DNA of 64,000 bases from Blepharisma stoltei ATCC 30299. Its lineage: Eukaryota; Protista; Ciliophora. A program made the position numbers and the translations under genes. Shown here piece by piece: positions 24,926-34,421 of this stretch (position 1 is the stretch's first letter; the number at the start of each line of letters is the position of its first letter). The notes beneath the pieces were generated by a model, which did not search any database, was not told where the DNA came from, and was given only the letters and a program-made list of their open reading frames with translations. The stretch covers positions 310,001 through 374,000 of the forward strand of contig CBFDEM010000027.1 of NCBI GenBank assembly GCA_965603825.1, given 5' to 3'.

Positions 24926-25757
24926 TTATTTATTATGAGAATCAGCTTTAAACCGAGCGTTTTTATATGAATCCCTTATAAGTTTCAGTTTTTCTTTAAC
25001 TGAATAATATTTGTGGTTATCTGCGTTAAATCAAGAACTTCTCTTCAACAAAAAGGGTCCGTTTATTGAAAATGGAATTTCTGATGATGGTTTTATGTTA
25101 TTATTAATCGGCACGGAACTTCTCCTATTAACTCTTACATATCTTCCTTTTATTGGCGAATTTTCTGATTTTGAAGTCTCTAAAGATGCTGATTTATTGA
25201 CTGCGGAAAAAGTATTGCAGTTATCATCATTTTTTCTTATAAAATCATTAGGAGCCTCTACTAATTTATAATCTGAAGATCCTTTAGGACTGGAAGAACT
25301 TGTAATTATAATATTTGGAAGTTTTAGATTTGTAGAGTTAGATCGTTTGGATGTGCCAATTTTTTCTTCGGGATGAAGAGGTGGATTTGTGGCTCTTCGA
25401 GGCTTGCGTAAGTGGTCATTTTTATCCTCAGACGAATGAAAATAGGTTTGTATAAGACCATTATTTTCTATCCTAGCTAAATAAACATTTGAAGATGGTA
25501 TTAAATTTCCATCAATTTTAAACTCTTCTGATATGTGTGTTAAAGCAACAGAAGATGCTATTTCTTGTAAATGGAGAACAGCTTCTTTTGCTTTAAAATC
25601 GATACTTGGAATTTTCCTTTTCTTTTTTTGGTATGAAAACTATATAAAAATTTACCTCGTGGACTTCAACCAGGCTTTTAAATGTAACTTTACAATGTCG
25701 AAGGAGCTGATCTTTACAGCTTTCAAGCATCAAGTAATATAGCTTTTCTTCAACCAT
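24926..25757 (-). CDS. Hypothetical Ser-rich protein, ~271 aa, absent from the ORF track
   Basis: ATG 25757 (MVEEKLYYL), 16-nt intron 25640-25655, one TGA=Trp (25031-25033), TAA 24926-24928. Confidence 0.75.
25640..25655 (-). other. 16-nt spliceosomal intron
   Basis: GTAAATTTTTATATAG; joins a 34-codon exon to a 714-nt open exon. Confidence 0.85.
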
Positions 25758-26316
25758 ATTTTCACGCTTTATTATAGGAGAATTATATTAATTCAATGCC
25801 TTTTTAGAATAATTTTATAAATAAGATGCAAAAGTTAGCATGACATAAATGCAACGCTTCAAAATAATTTATTAATAATAGACTCTTAAATTGAGCTATA
25901 AATCAATTCAAAAAAACAAAAAATTATAAATGATGGTAAAATGGATTTTTAAACAGGAGTGAATAAGAATTAAAATTCAGATAATTGATAGCAAAAAATT
26001 GGCTATTAAATTGCTGAATCATTAAATTTTAAGCTTAAAAATTAAAATAATTGATAACGAGAAAATTTATAGCAAGTTTATATTATGACTTTTCCTAATT
26101 TTCTGCGTTTTCATACTTTGTCAGCTATTATATAAAATTTCCTTATAGATTGTCTTGCTATTATATAGTAATTTTAATTATTTTCAACTGCTTTTCTTTG
26201 ATGTTTAAATTAAAATGATTATATTGATTCTTGATAAGTGTATGAAGTTGGTGGTAAATTCAAAAACTGCAGTTTTAAATTTGGTTTTATTTTATCTGAC
26301 TAAAAGTATAAAAAAT

Positions 26317-26541
26317 ATGGGAGTATGCGTAGTAAAACAATCAGCTAAAACCAATTTAGCTATTGCAGTAACTGATGCAAATGACTCAGTTGAGGTTCAA
26401 GAGCAGAGACGAAGGCTGCTTATTGTCAAAGCCAAAAGAGCTCCTTCTTTGAAACTTGATCAGAATGCACTATACAATCGGCGAAGGGTGAGTCACGAAA
26501 TTACAGGACTAGAGCTATCTCAAATTAGTGCTCTAAAATAG
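26317..26541 (+). CDS. Small predicted N-acylated protein, 74 aa
   Basis: MGVCVVKQ start inside track ORF 26215-26541; coding-like composition begins here; TAG stop. Confidence 0.55.
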   Translation: MGVCVVKQSAKTNLAIAVTDANDSVEVQEQRRRLLIVKAKRAPSLKLDQNALYNRRRVSHEITGLELSQISALK

Positions 26542-27137
26542 AATGCTCATATATATATATAATAAATAGTGTATAAACCTGAATTAAGATCAGTTTTTTT
26601 AAAAAATACCTAAAGATTTAGTTTTCACGAGTCCATAGTTTTTTATTATACCACCAAAAAATAAATAATTGATTCGGAATAAAGATTTAAATATTGTCTT
26701 TAGTTAAGGGATTTTTTAAATGATACCTAAAAATTCTTCAGAAATTAGAATTCATCATATTGAATTTTATTTTGGGAAGAATTATAATAAACAATATTTC
26801 TTGAGAGATTAGAAAAATATTTTCTTCTATTCCAAAAAAAACGAAATAATCTTGAAATTAGAAATAGTTAGATTTAAAACTAAAAAAAATAAATTCAAAG
26901 ATTAATGATAAAAAGGATATATTGGATCTTTTAAATTAAATGAAGACAAATTTTGATTTATATTTGTGTCTTGCATGTGTGGGCTAAAATTAAATAGCAT
27001 TTTAATGAATTGGACAAATTTCAAGCTTTTGAGTCATGAGACTTTTATGAAAAACTATTAAAAAAGATATTGCTAAGTTAATCCATGATATGAGATGAAA
27101 AATTAAAAATATTAATTAGCATTACTATAAATTGATA

Positions 27138-28631
27138 TTATAAATGTAAAAAGTTCGTTGCAGAAGGTGGATAGGAAGGCTTAGGCTTTCCTATAAAGAA
27201 CCCTCCAGACTTAACAGGGATTTTCCTTTTAAATTCAACATCGAAATTATTGTGTTTTATAAATGATACTGGTGATGAATCTTTTGCGTATATTCTTTCT
27301 AAACTAGGAGTACGTCTTCCCGCATTTTTCCGAGGAAGAAAGTTTTGTGCTGTTTTACTTTCAGCTATAGCTTCTTCTTTAAGCCTTTTATATTCAAGGA
27401 GTGTCATAGGCTTTATTGATTTTCTTTTCTTTTCCGGGCATGGAGATGGAGATGGGGTTGGAGTTCTTATTCTTATTTTAGTATGGTCATACGTGATATT
27501 GACTTTTTGATTATCCCTATAAGATTCATTTATAGACCCTGGTGCAGGTGTGATTGATCTAATGATTTTTTCTCTTCTTGATGCTGGACGAATTTCGTTA
27601 AGAAAATCAATATTCTCAAGTACATTTGGCCTTGAGCTTTCCTTCAAAATTATTCTACTCATTAGATACTTCACACTTTCTTCAGCTTTGATGCGAGTAT
27701 AAAAATCGCTACGAGATATAGCTAAAACTTCAGCTATTGAAGAATGGCAAGTACAAGAGCACTGCCGAACCGTATCATTAAGAATCTCTTCATCACCAAA
27801 GATTTCGCCAGTCGCTAATATTGCTATTTTCGCTTCAAATTTGTGAGGAGAATTTATCATTTCTTTCCTCTGCAATCCCTGTTTATTGTAAGTAATTTTT
27901 TCAGAAACTGGGAGACCAATTTTTTTAAATAATTCAAACTCTCCTCATTTTACAATGTAAACATAATCAGCATGGTCTCCTTGCTTGTATACAATATTTT
28001 TCCTTTTGTATTGCTTTGGCTTAAAATAATAGGTAAGCCTAGCTAATGATCTTTTATTTCATTTTCGAAATAATGGCAAAGACTGTAAAAAATCAATGAG
28101 ATGATCAAGCTTCCTTGCTTCAGCCTTGCCAAGGATTCTTAAATAATCTTCTTTTTCAAGCACAGCCAAAAAACAATTAGAAATGCATTGAATAGTTGCA
28201 GCTCTTGGCTGATTTTTTATAAGTGCAAGTTCTCCAAACGCCATCCCAGAATGCAGCTGCGCAACTTCTAATAAATTGCTATCAGGCTCATTTAATTTTG
28301 CTGGCGTTAATACTCTTACACTTCCATCAATAATGATATAAAATTTGCTTCCAGTTTCCCCAAAATGACAAACATAATCTCCAGCAGATATAAATTCATA
28401 TCCAATAAATTGGCAAATTTGCGAATGAATTTCATCACCCCTTTCCTCTATTTGTTTAATAAAAAATTTTATATTTTTCGTCAAATTTTGTAAAGTTGAA
28501 ATTTGTTTAGGAGTCCTTTGATATGGAGGTGTTAGAAGCAAAGGTACAAGTAATTGAAGAATTGAGCCTTCAGGAATTGGATTAACTTTTGATAATAATA
28601 GAGAAATTGAATGCCTTCTTTCGTGTGACAT
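27138..28631 (-). CDS. Tandem cyclic-nucleotide-binding domain protein, 497 aa (two TGA=Trp)
   Basis: GETGSKFYIIIDG..., FGELALIKNQPRAATI; second CNBD (YKQGD.AD.VYIVK-W-GEF, GEIFGDEE..RQCSC) after the TGAs. Confidence 0.88.
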
Positions 28632-29078
28632 AAGATATAATGATTTAATTAATAATCTGTGATTAATATTTAAATTTTGTTATTTTAGGTGAGTGAATTT
28701 TTCAATTAATTTTAAGTAATTTTTTTCTTTTAAGCTAAAAATATAATAGTTAAGAAGAAAGTTTAATAATCTTTTATAAAAAATCAATCATGCTTATGTT
28801 GCATGTTAAATCAAAGTTTTCTAATAAATAATTACTAATTTGATAATTAATCATTGTTAAAATATAACAATCTTCATGTACTTTGATAATTTAATAAAAT
28901 TCTTGTAAAAATATATAGATAAATATAATATTTTTTTGCAACTTTTATCAATCTAGTCATCCTTAAATAAAATGATCCTATTTTATATTGCACCATTCTT
29001 AATTTATTACTTTATATTGCTTCCAAAGACCATTTTAAACTATTCGTTTTATAAGCAATTACAGCATAATTTAAATAA

Positions 29079-29429
29079 TTAAGTTAATTTTGGCTTGATC
29101 TCGCCTGACTCCAAACCTTTTCGAAGCTCAGGCACTCCTCCTAAATATTTCCCATTGATGAATATATAAGGGGGAAATTTTTTTTCAGTTAACTCTGCTA
29201 ATGCGCAATGAACCTGATTATCATCGTTTAATTTGTCAAGCTCGAAATACTCAAATGCAATTGAATGCTTTCTCATCAAATTTTTTGCTTCTATTGATTT
29301 TTCATCTTTTGACTTGGAATAAATAACAACATCATATTCCTTTATTTGATCATTCACTACTTGTAAAAAAGGATTTTCAAATTCTTGAATTTCTTCATGA
29401 CGATCTTGTCCAGAGCAATGGCAGCCCAT
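29079..29429 (-). CDS. Glutaredoxin-fold protein without active-site cysteines, N-acylated
   Basis: VVIYSKS....S.EAK.L, YFELD, PYIFINGKYLGG; MGCHCSG N-terminus. Confidence 0.8.
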   Translation of the reverse strand: MGCHCSGQDRHEEIQEFENPFLQVVNDQIKEYDVVIYSKSKDEKSIEAKNLMRKHSIAFEYFELDKLNDDNQVHCALAELTEKKFPPYIFINGKYLGGVPELRKGLESGEIKPKLT

Positions 29430-29671
29430 ATTGAAAATTTTATATAAAATTTTCGTGTTTTATAAATATATTGAAATATGTATTGGCTTGTAAAAAAAAA
29501 TGATTTTCGTGGAAAGCTTCATATTGAAGAACTGCTAGATTGAGAAATTCAAATTGGTAATACATTTAGGTGCTCTTTTGGTAGTTGAATTTTAAGAAAT
29601 TAGCTGCAAATATGGCTCTGGCAGCAGATAAGTATTAAGCCATATCAAAATTCCAATTATAATAATTTATT

Positions 29672-29783
29672 TTATATGAAGAGATTTAGCCAAAGATGAA
29701 AATCATGTGAAAAAGCCGAGATCTGAAAACAATCTGATGATAAACAATAATGATCCTTGATCTGCACTGCTTGACCTGATTAT
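29672..29783 (+). ncRNA. Tandem box C/D guide RNA(s), putative U2 snRNA 2'-O-methylation guide (scaRNA9/mgU2-19/30-like)
   Basis: Unit 1: C ATGAAGA 29676-82, D' ATGA 29696-99, degenerate C' ~29705-11, D CTGA 29723-26. Unit 2: C TGATGA 29735-40, D' ATGA 29750-53, C' TTGATCT 29757-63, D CTGA 29776-79. Guides TTTAGCCAAAG, GCCGAGA and TGCTTGA are complementary to the conserved U2 5' end. Confidence 0.7.
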
Positions 29784-29830
29784 TTATTATATTCTTAATT
29801 ATATCTAACTGTTAGCTTATGCTTCAAATT

Positions 29831-31156
29831 CTAAGATATAGGAAAAACATTGACATCAGAAACTTTGCAAACCATTTCAAGTAAATATTTGCGTGACGGA
29901 TCCAATGAAGCTGGTGCCAAGCTCGGCATGCTTTCTAATGGCATCATTAATTGCAAGTAGTTTAAGTTTGGTTGCGTCTGCACATCATCCCAATATGCTT
30001 GCACTGATGGGCAAAATACACTCGTCATTGCTCCTTTTTGGATCTCTTGTGTCATCGCTTTCATGCAGGGATCATTCGGCCCTGCAAGTGCTCGCAGATG
30101 TGGTGTAGTGTGGGTCTTATCAATTCTGTTTTTCCTTATTTCTAGTAAATTGTTCGAAAATTTGGGCTCATTTTTTTCAGCTGGCAAAAACTGCTCTAAA
30201 TTGATGCCGATTTCCTCAAGAGTTTTATGTGCGGTTTGTGCTAAACTTACACCTTCGTTGTTTTTATATTCATTTAGGTCAAAATTTTCGATAAGACGCC
30301 TTGCAGGTGGCAAAGTGGTAGAATTTTGGTCTGCTTGGATAGTGTTAACGACCATCATGACAGAAATGACGGTTGCAAGCGCTAAGGTAGCTCCTTTAGC
30401 AACTTTTGAAAAATAAGGCTGCTCGTCTTTCCCCATGTGTATCTGAACAAGCTGATTTTTCAAGTACGTATTCTCAGCTTGAATTTGTTTTAATCTGTAT
30501 TTTAAGCTGTTATTTTGTTCAGCTAGGAGCTTATTTTCCTCCTCCAATTGGCTGACGAAGGCCTTTTTCCTGTCCCTGCTTTGTTGTGCAGAAATTCTGT
30601 TTCTTATCATTTGTTGTAGTTTTCTTCGCTCGTTTTCTGGCATGTCTTTGTTTTCAGCCAGCATTTCTTGTTCTTCTTTAAGTTTCCTTACTGCTTCACT
30701 TTCATTTGCCCTCCGTTTTGCATGCTCTCTTTTAATGACTCTTTTTGATTTATCTGATGCATTTTTGTAGTTTTTTAAGTCTTCGACGTTTAGGTTTCTA
30801 CATTCTTCACATACAGTCATAGACGAAAGGACTGGGGCGTTGTCATTGCGCTTGCGTTTTTTTCTGATCTGTGAAGGGTCCTCAAGCTTTACGATGTTTT
30901 TTTGGCAAATCGAGCATAAAGCTGTAGGAGTGGAGTCTGCTGGGATGTAGTCTAAGGAAGATTTGGAAGAAAAGTCTGAAGAGAAAAAGTTTTCAGTAAG
31001 CTCGAGATCTAAACCCAAGTCTGTGTCTGCATGAAGCCAGTCCATATTCAGATCTTCATTTTCGAGCGGTGATACAGTCGTTGAAACCTTTTCTTCATAA
31101 AATGAAGAGGATTCAGACATGCAATATTGAAAACCTTTTGTATCAAAATCTTCCAT
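29831..31156 (-). CDS. Membrane-tethered bZIP transcription factor (ATF6/CREB3/bZIP28-like)
   Basis: Acidic N-terminus, basic region RNRISAQQSRDRKK + leucine zipper, hydrophobic GATLALATVISVMMVV, then RRLI; TAG stop. Confidence 0.8.
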   Translation of the reverse strand: MEDFDTKGFQYCMSESSSFYEEKVSTTVSPLENEDLNMDWLHADTDLGLDLELTENFFSSDFSSKSSLDYIPADSTPTALCSICQKNIVKLEDPSQIRKKRKRNDNAPVLSSMTVCEECRNLNVEDLKNYKNASDKSKRVIKREHAKRRANESEAVRKLKEEQEMLAENKDMPENERRKLQQMIRNRISAQQSRDRKKAFVSQLEEENKLLAEQNNSLKYRLKQIQAENTYLKNQLVQIHMGKDEQPYFSKVAKGATLALATVISVMMVVNTIQADQNSTTLPPARRLIENFDLNEYKNNEGVSLAQTAHKTLEEIGINLEQFLPAEKNEPKFSNNLLEIRKNRIDKTHTTPHLRALAGPNDPCMKAMTQEIQKGAMTSVFCPSVQAYWDDVQTQPNLNYLQLMMPLESMPSLAPASLDPSRKYLLEMVCKVSDVNVFPIS

Positions 31157-31334
31157 TTATTAATTATAAGAAAAAATCGCTTTATTTGAATAGCTAACGC
31201 AATTTAAATGTGAGATATTTATAAACACCAATCAATTCTTATAACTTTTCAAACTGTAAAGAGATTTATCCAGTTAAACATCGAATAACATTATTCTTAA
31301 CCTTTAAACTTCTAATAATAATTTTTCACAACTA

Positions 31335-32756
31335 ATGTCACTAATCGGCACTTTTATTCCAAAGAAAAAACGACAAGCACTAGTAAAAGATCTCCGCTCA
31401 ACTCACTTCTCTTTCGGCTACCGCTCCAATTCAACTTTTGAAAATCCTAACAAATCTTTTACAATTTCTCAATCTCAAGAAAAATTAATTCCAATTTCTC
31501 AAGAATCAAGTGTAAATCTTGGACGCAGTAAAAGTGTCACAAAAAGTGTTTCAGCTGCAGCTTTTACTCCTAAAACACCTTCAAAAATAATAAAAAATTT
31601 TCAAGAAATTCAAAATAACACACACCACTTTACTCTAGGCAATTATTCAGGAGAAAATAACATAGAGGAAGCTGGAAAAAGTCCTTGCTCGCCGTTCAAT
31701 ACAAGCTTTGAAATTGAAGCCGCAAAAAGCCATATAAGAAACGAAAACAACAGTTCTGTTGTTTTGGGGAATAATTATATTAAGCCTATTTCAATTTTCC
31801 AATCGGATTTTGCTGATAAAAAATTTGAGAAAAATAAAAATTTACTTGAAGATTTTAAGAAATTTATGGATAAAAATCATTTTGAGGTAGGAAAAGAAAA
31901 ATGAGAATACACTACAAGTATGACTGATATGAACAAAGACATTTCAGCTGGGGTAAAAGCAGATATTTTGAGGCTAAACGAAAATATTTATATAGGAGGA
32001 GTTAAGTTAAAGCCAGAATTATACAAAACGAGTCAGAAAAACGATTTTCAAGGTAAAATTAATGAGACACCTAACCCATCTTTTTCACATAAGGATATTT
32101 TTTCTAACAGTTTTAAACTGGGATATCACAAAAAATCATCAAGATCTTCAAATTTCGAATCTGTTCCAATTGATCTATCATTTCAAACTGAAAATTATAT
32201 AAAAAATAAACAAAAATGTGGAAAATCGCATGTAAAGCTGGGAATAGACTCTATAAATTTAAACAGCACTTATGCTCAAACTCACAGCTTATTAAGCACT
32301 TCTCAAACAACTCCAGCAGGAAATGGAAAATCAAGTGTTTTGCTAGGCACTGACCCTTCTGCCTTTGCTTCTCTTTATTCCAGCTCTTTTCATCCTAAAA
32401 GTTGCTGTCAAGTAGAAAACCCAAACATAAAGCCTAAAACCTTTAGCCATATCACCCTTGGAGCTTCTCCCAATAATTCCCAATATATGACTGTAAATAA
32501 AAGTTACACTCGATTGACAGGTATTTCTAATAATAATACTCTAAAAATAGAAGATCAAAAGAAGGGATCCCATTTTCAATTTGGAAACGACCCGATAAAA
32601 TATGAAACCACAAATAATCTCGATTTTAATATAAAAATAACCAAGCCTGAAATTTCAATTTTCCAAAGAAAAAACATTGAAAAAAGCAAGAAACCAGGAG
32701 ATTTTGAGACTGTTAACCAAAAAGCTTATAAATGGATAACTCCAGTACCTGAGTAA
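31335..32756 (+). CDS. Repeat protein with (S/T)H(F/I/V)x(L/F)G motifs, TEX45/SAXO5-like, 473 aa (TGA=Trp at 31902)
   Basis: Two track ORFs join through TGA; recurring THFSFG, HHFTLG, NHFEVG, SHVKLG, SHITLG, SHFQFG. Confidence 0.6.
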
Positions 32757-32785
32757 TAAATAAATGTATTATTTTTTAATAAATT

Positions 32786-33592
32786 ATGGACTATAAGAAG
32801 TTTTTAATAAGAGCAAGTAAAAGCGAAAGGGGCTCTTTAAGCCCTGACCAATGTGATGTTAAAGATTTAGATGAAGATATCGTGAATTGTTTAGCGAAAA
32901 TTAAAGAAACGAAGGAAAATATGAAGAAGCTTGTAAAAAGCATTGACAATTTCTCCAAGGTGAAAAGCCCACATTTCACAAAAACTGAAAAATATTTAAC
33001 AGGAAAACAGATGATCTATAAGAAAAAATACGAATTAAATGATTTTCATAGAATCCAAAGAGAAAAATACATTCTTGGCCTTATAAAAGACAACGACCCT
33101 GGCAAGAAAAAATATATTTATACATCAATGCTATATGATTTAGATATAAGAAATGCTTTAAAACAAAACAAGCGAGATTTCGGCTATACTCAAAGAGAAA
33201 ATCCTGTCATTTATAAAACTAGCTCAATAGAAAATTTTCACACAATACCTAAGAATAGCCCGGAACGTTTTAAACATGATTTAAATGATTTGGTGTCCAA
33301 AAATCTAAATAAAATTCTTTATAATTACACTTATTATAATTCCCCAAAGCAACAGAAGAAAATTGAAATGAAAAAAGTTGAAGAAGGTCTACAAAATAAT
33401 AGGCTTGGGCCTATAATGCACTTAAAAGCTGCCAGCATGTGCACAAGTCCAGTGGGAGAAAAAATAATTATAAGGAAAAAGAAAAAAATAAGAAGATTTA
33501 CAGTGAACATCAGAGATGAGGTAATAAAAAACAACGATGAGCTGTCAAACTTGAAAAAGCAATATTCCAAACTTTTGATTATGAAAAATTAG
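32786..33592 (+). CDS. Basic hypothetical protein, 268 aa
   Basis: Intact ATG-TAG ORF. Confidence 0.7.
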   Translation: MDYKKFLIRASKSERGSLSPDQCDVKDLDEDIVNCLAKIKETKENMKKLVKSIDNFSKVKSPHFTKTEKYLTGKQMIYKKKYELNDFHRIQREKYILGLIKDNDPGKKKYIYTSMLYDLDIRNALKQNKRDFGYTQRENPVIYKTSSIENFHTIPKNSPERFKHDLNDLVSKNLNKILYNYTYYNSPKQQKKIEMKKVEEGLQNNRLGPIMHLKAASMCTSPVGEKIIIRKKKKIRRFTVNIRDEVIKNNDELSNLKKQYSKLLIMKN

Positions 33593-34421
33593 ATAAAATA
33601 ATAGAATTTTTATAAATTTGATAACGAATTATTTTTTTGCTTTAGCCTGATTTAATATGTGCTTTTTATAGCTAAAAAATTAATGAAATAATAAGCTGTT
33701 TAATTGATTCTCAATAGCTTTATATTAGATTAGTTAAATTAAGAAGAGAAAAGAATATTTAATCTTAATTATATATATTTTATGAACTGAACTATTTTTA
33801 GACTAAATATTTTAAGAAGCATAGAGTGAAAATTGATGAATGAAAGCTTAATTATAATTCTTAAAATAGCTGACTTGTTGAAAGATGATTGATATAATGC
33901 TAGGCCCATAATGATGCTCTCATGTGGCTCTTTAGCTTTGCTGCAGATCCATATTTAAAGGCAGCTTCTTTAACGACTGAATTACTTTAAGTTAATTCTC
34001 AGCTCGAAGAGCTGGCAAACGAAGCTAACAACAGAACTTTCAAGTCCCATCCTAAGCCAATTAATCCCCAGGCGGAGGTGTATACGGTTCCTTTATATTT
34101 ATAGTTTGAGAATTGTTGCGTTTCGTCCTTAATAGCAACTAGAATAAATTTCTATGTAAAATATATATCATGATAAAGGTGGCGATTTAATTACTAGCAA
34201 AACTTGCTAAAATAAATCAAATAAAATACTATCATAATTTTCTGAAATTTGAGATCTAACAAAAATTTTCTTTTTATCTTGCTATTTCATAAAATAAACT
34301 TCGTAAATTAGCTCTTGTTCTTTTTAGTTCTTCAAATATTCTCTTTTTCTGTTGATTTCTTTCTCAAAAATCTCCATTACATTGACTTATTTCCGAAAAT
34401 GGAATCCCATTTATAAAAATA

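Noticed and set aside
29676-29750. 24-aa ORF (MKRFSQRW...) over the C/D RNA
   Set aside because: Very short; ordered C/D boxes and U2 complementarity explain the sequence better.
33868-34092. Telomerase RNA, RNase P/MRP, SRP or snRNA identity for the GC-richer island
   Set aside because: No CCCTAACA-type template, no pairable CR-I/CR-V P4 helix with P1, no SRP helix-8 motif and no U1-U6 signatures.
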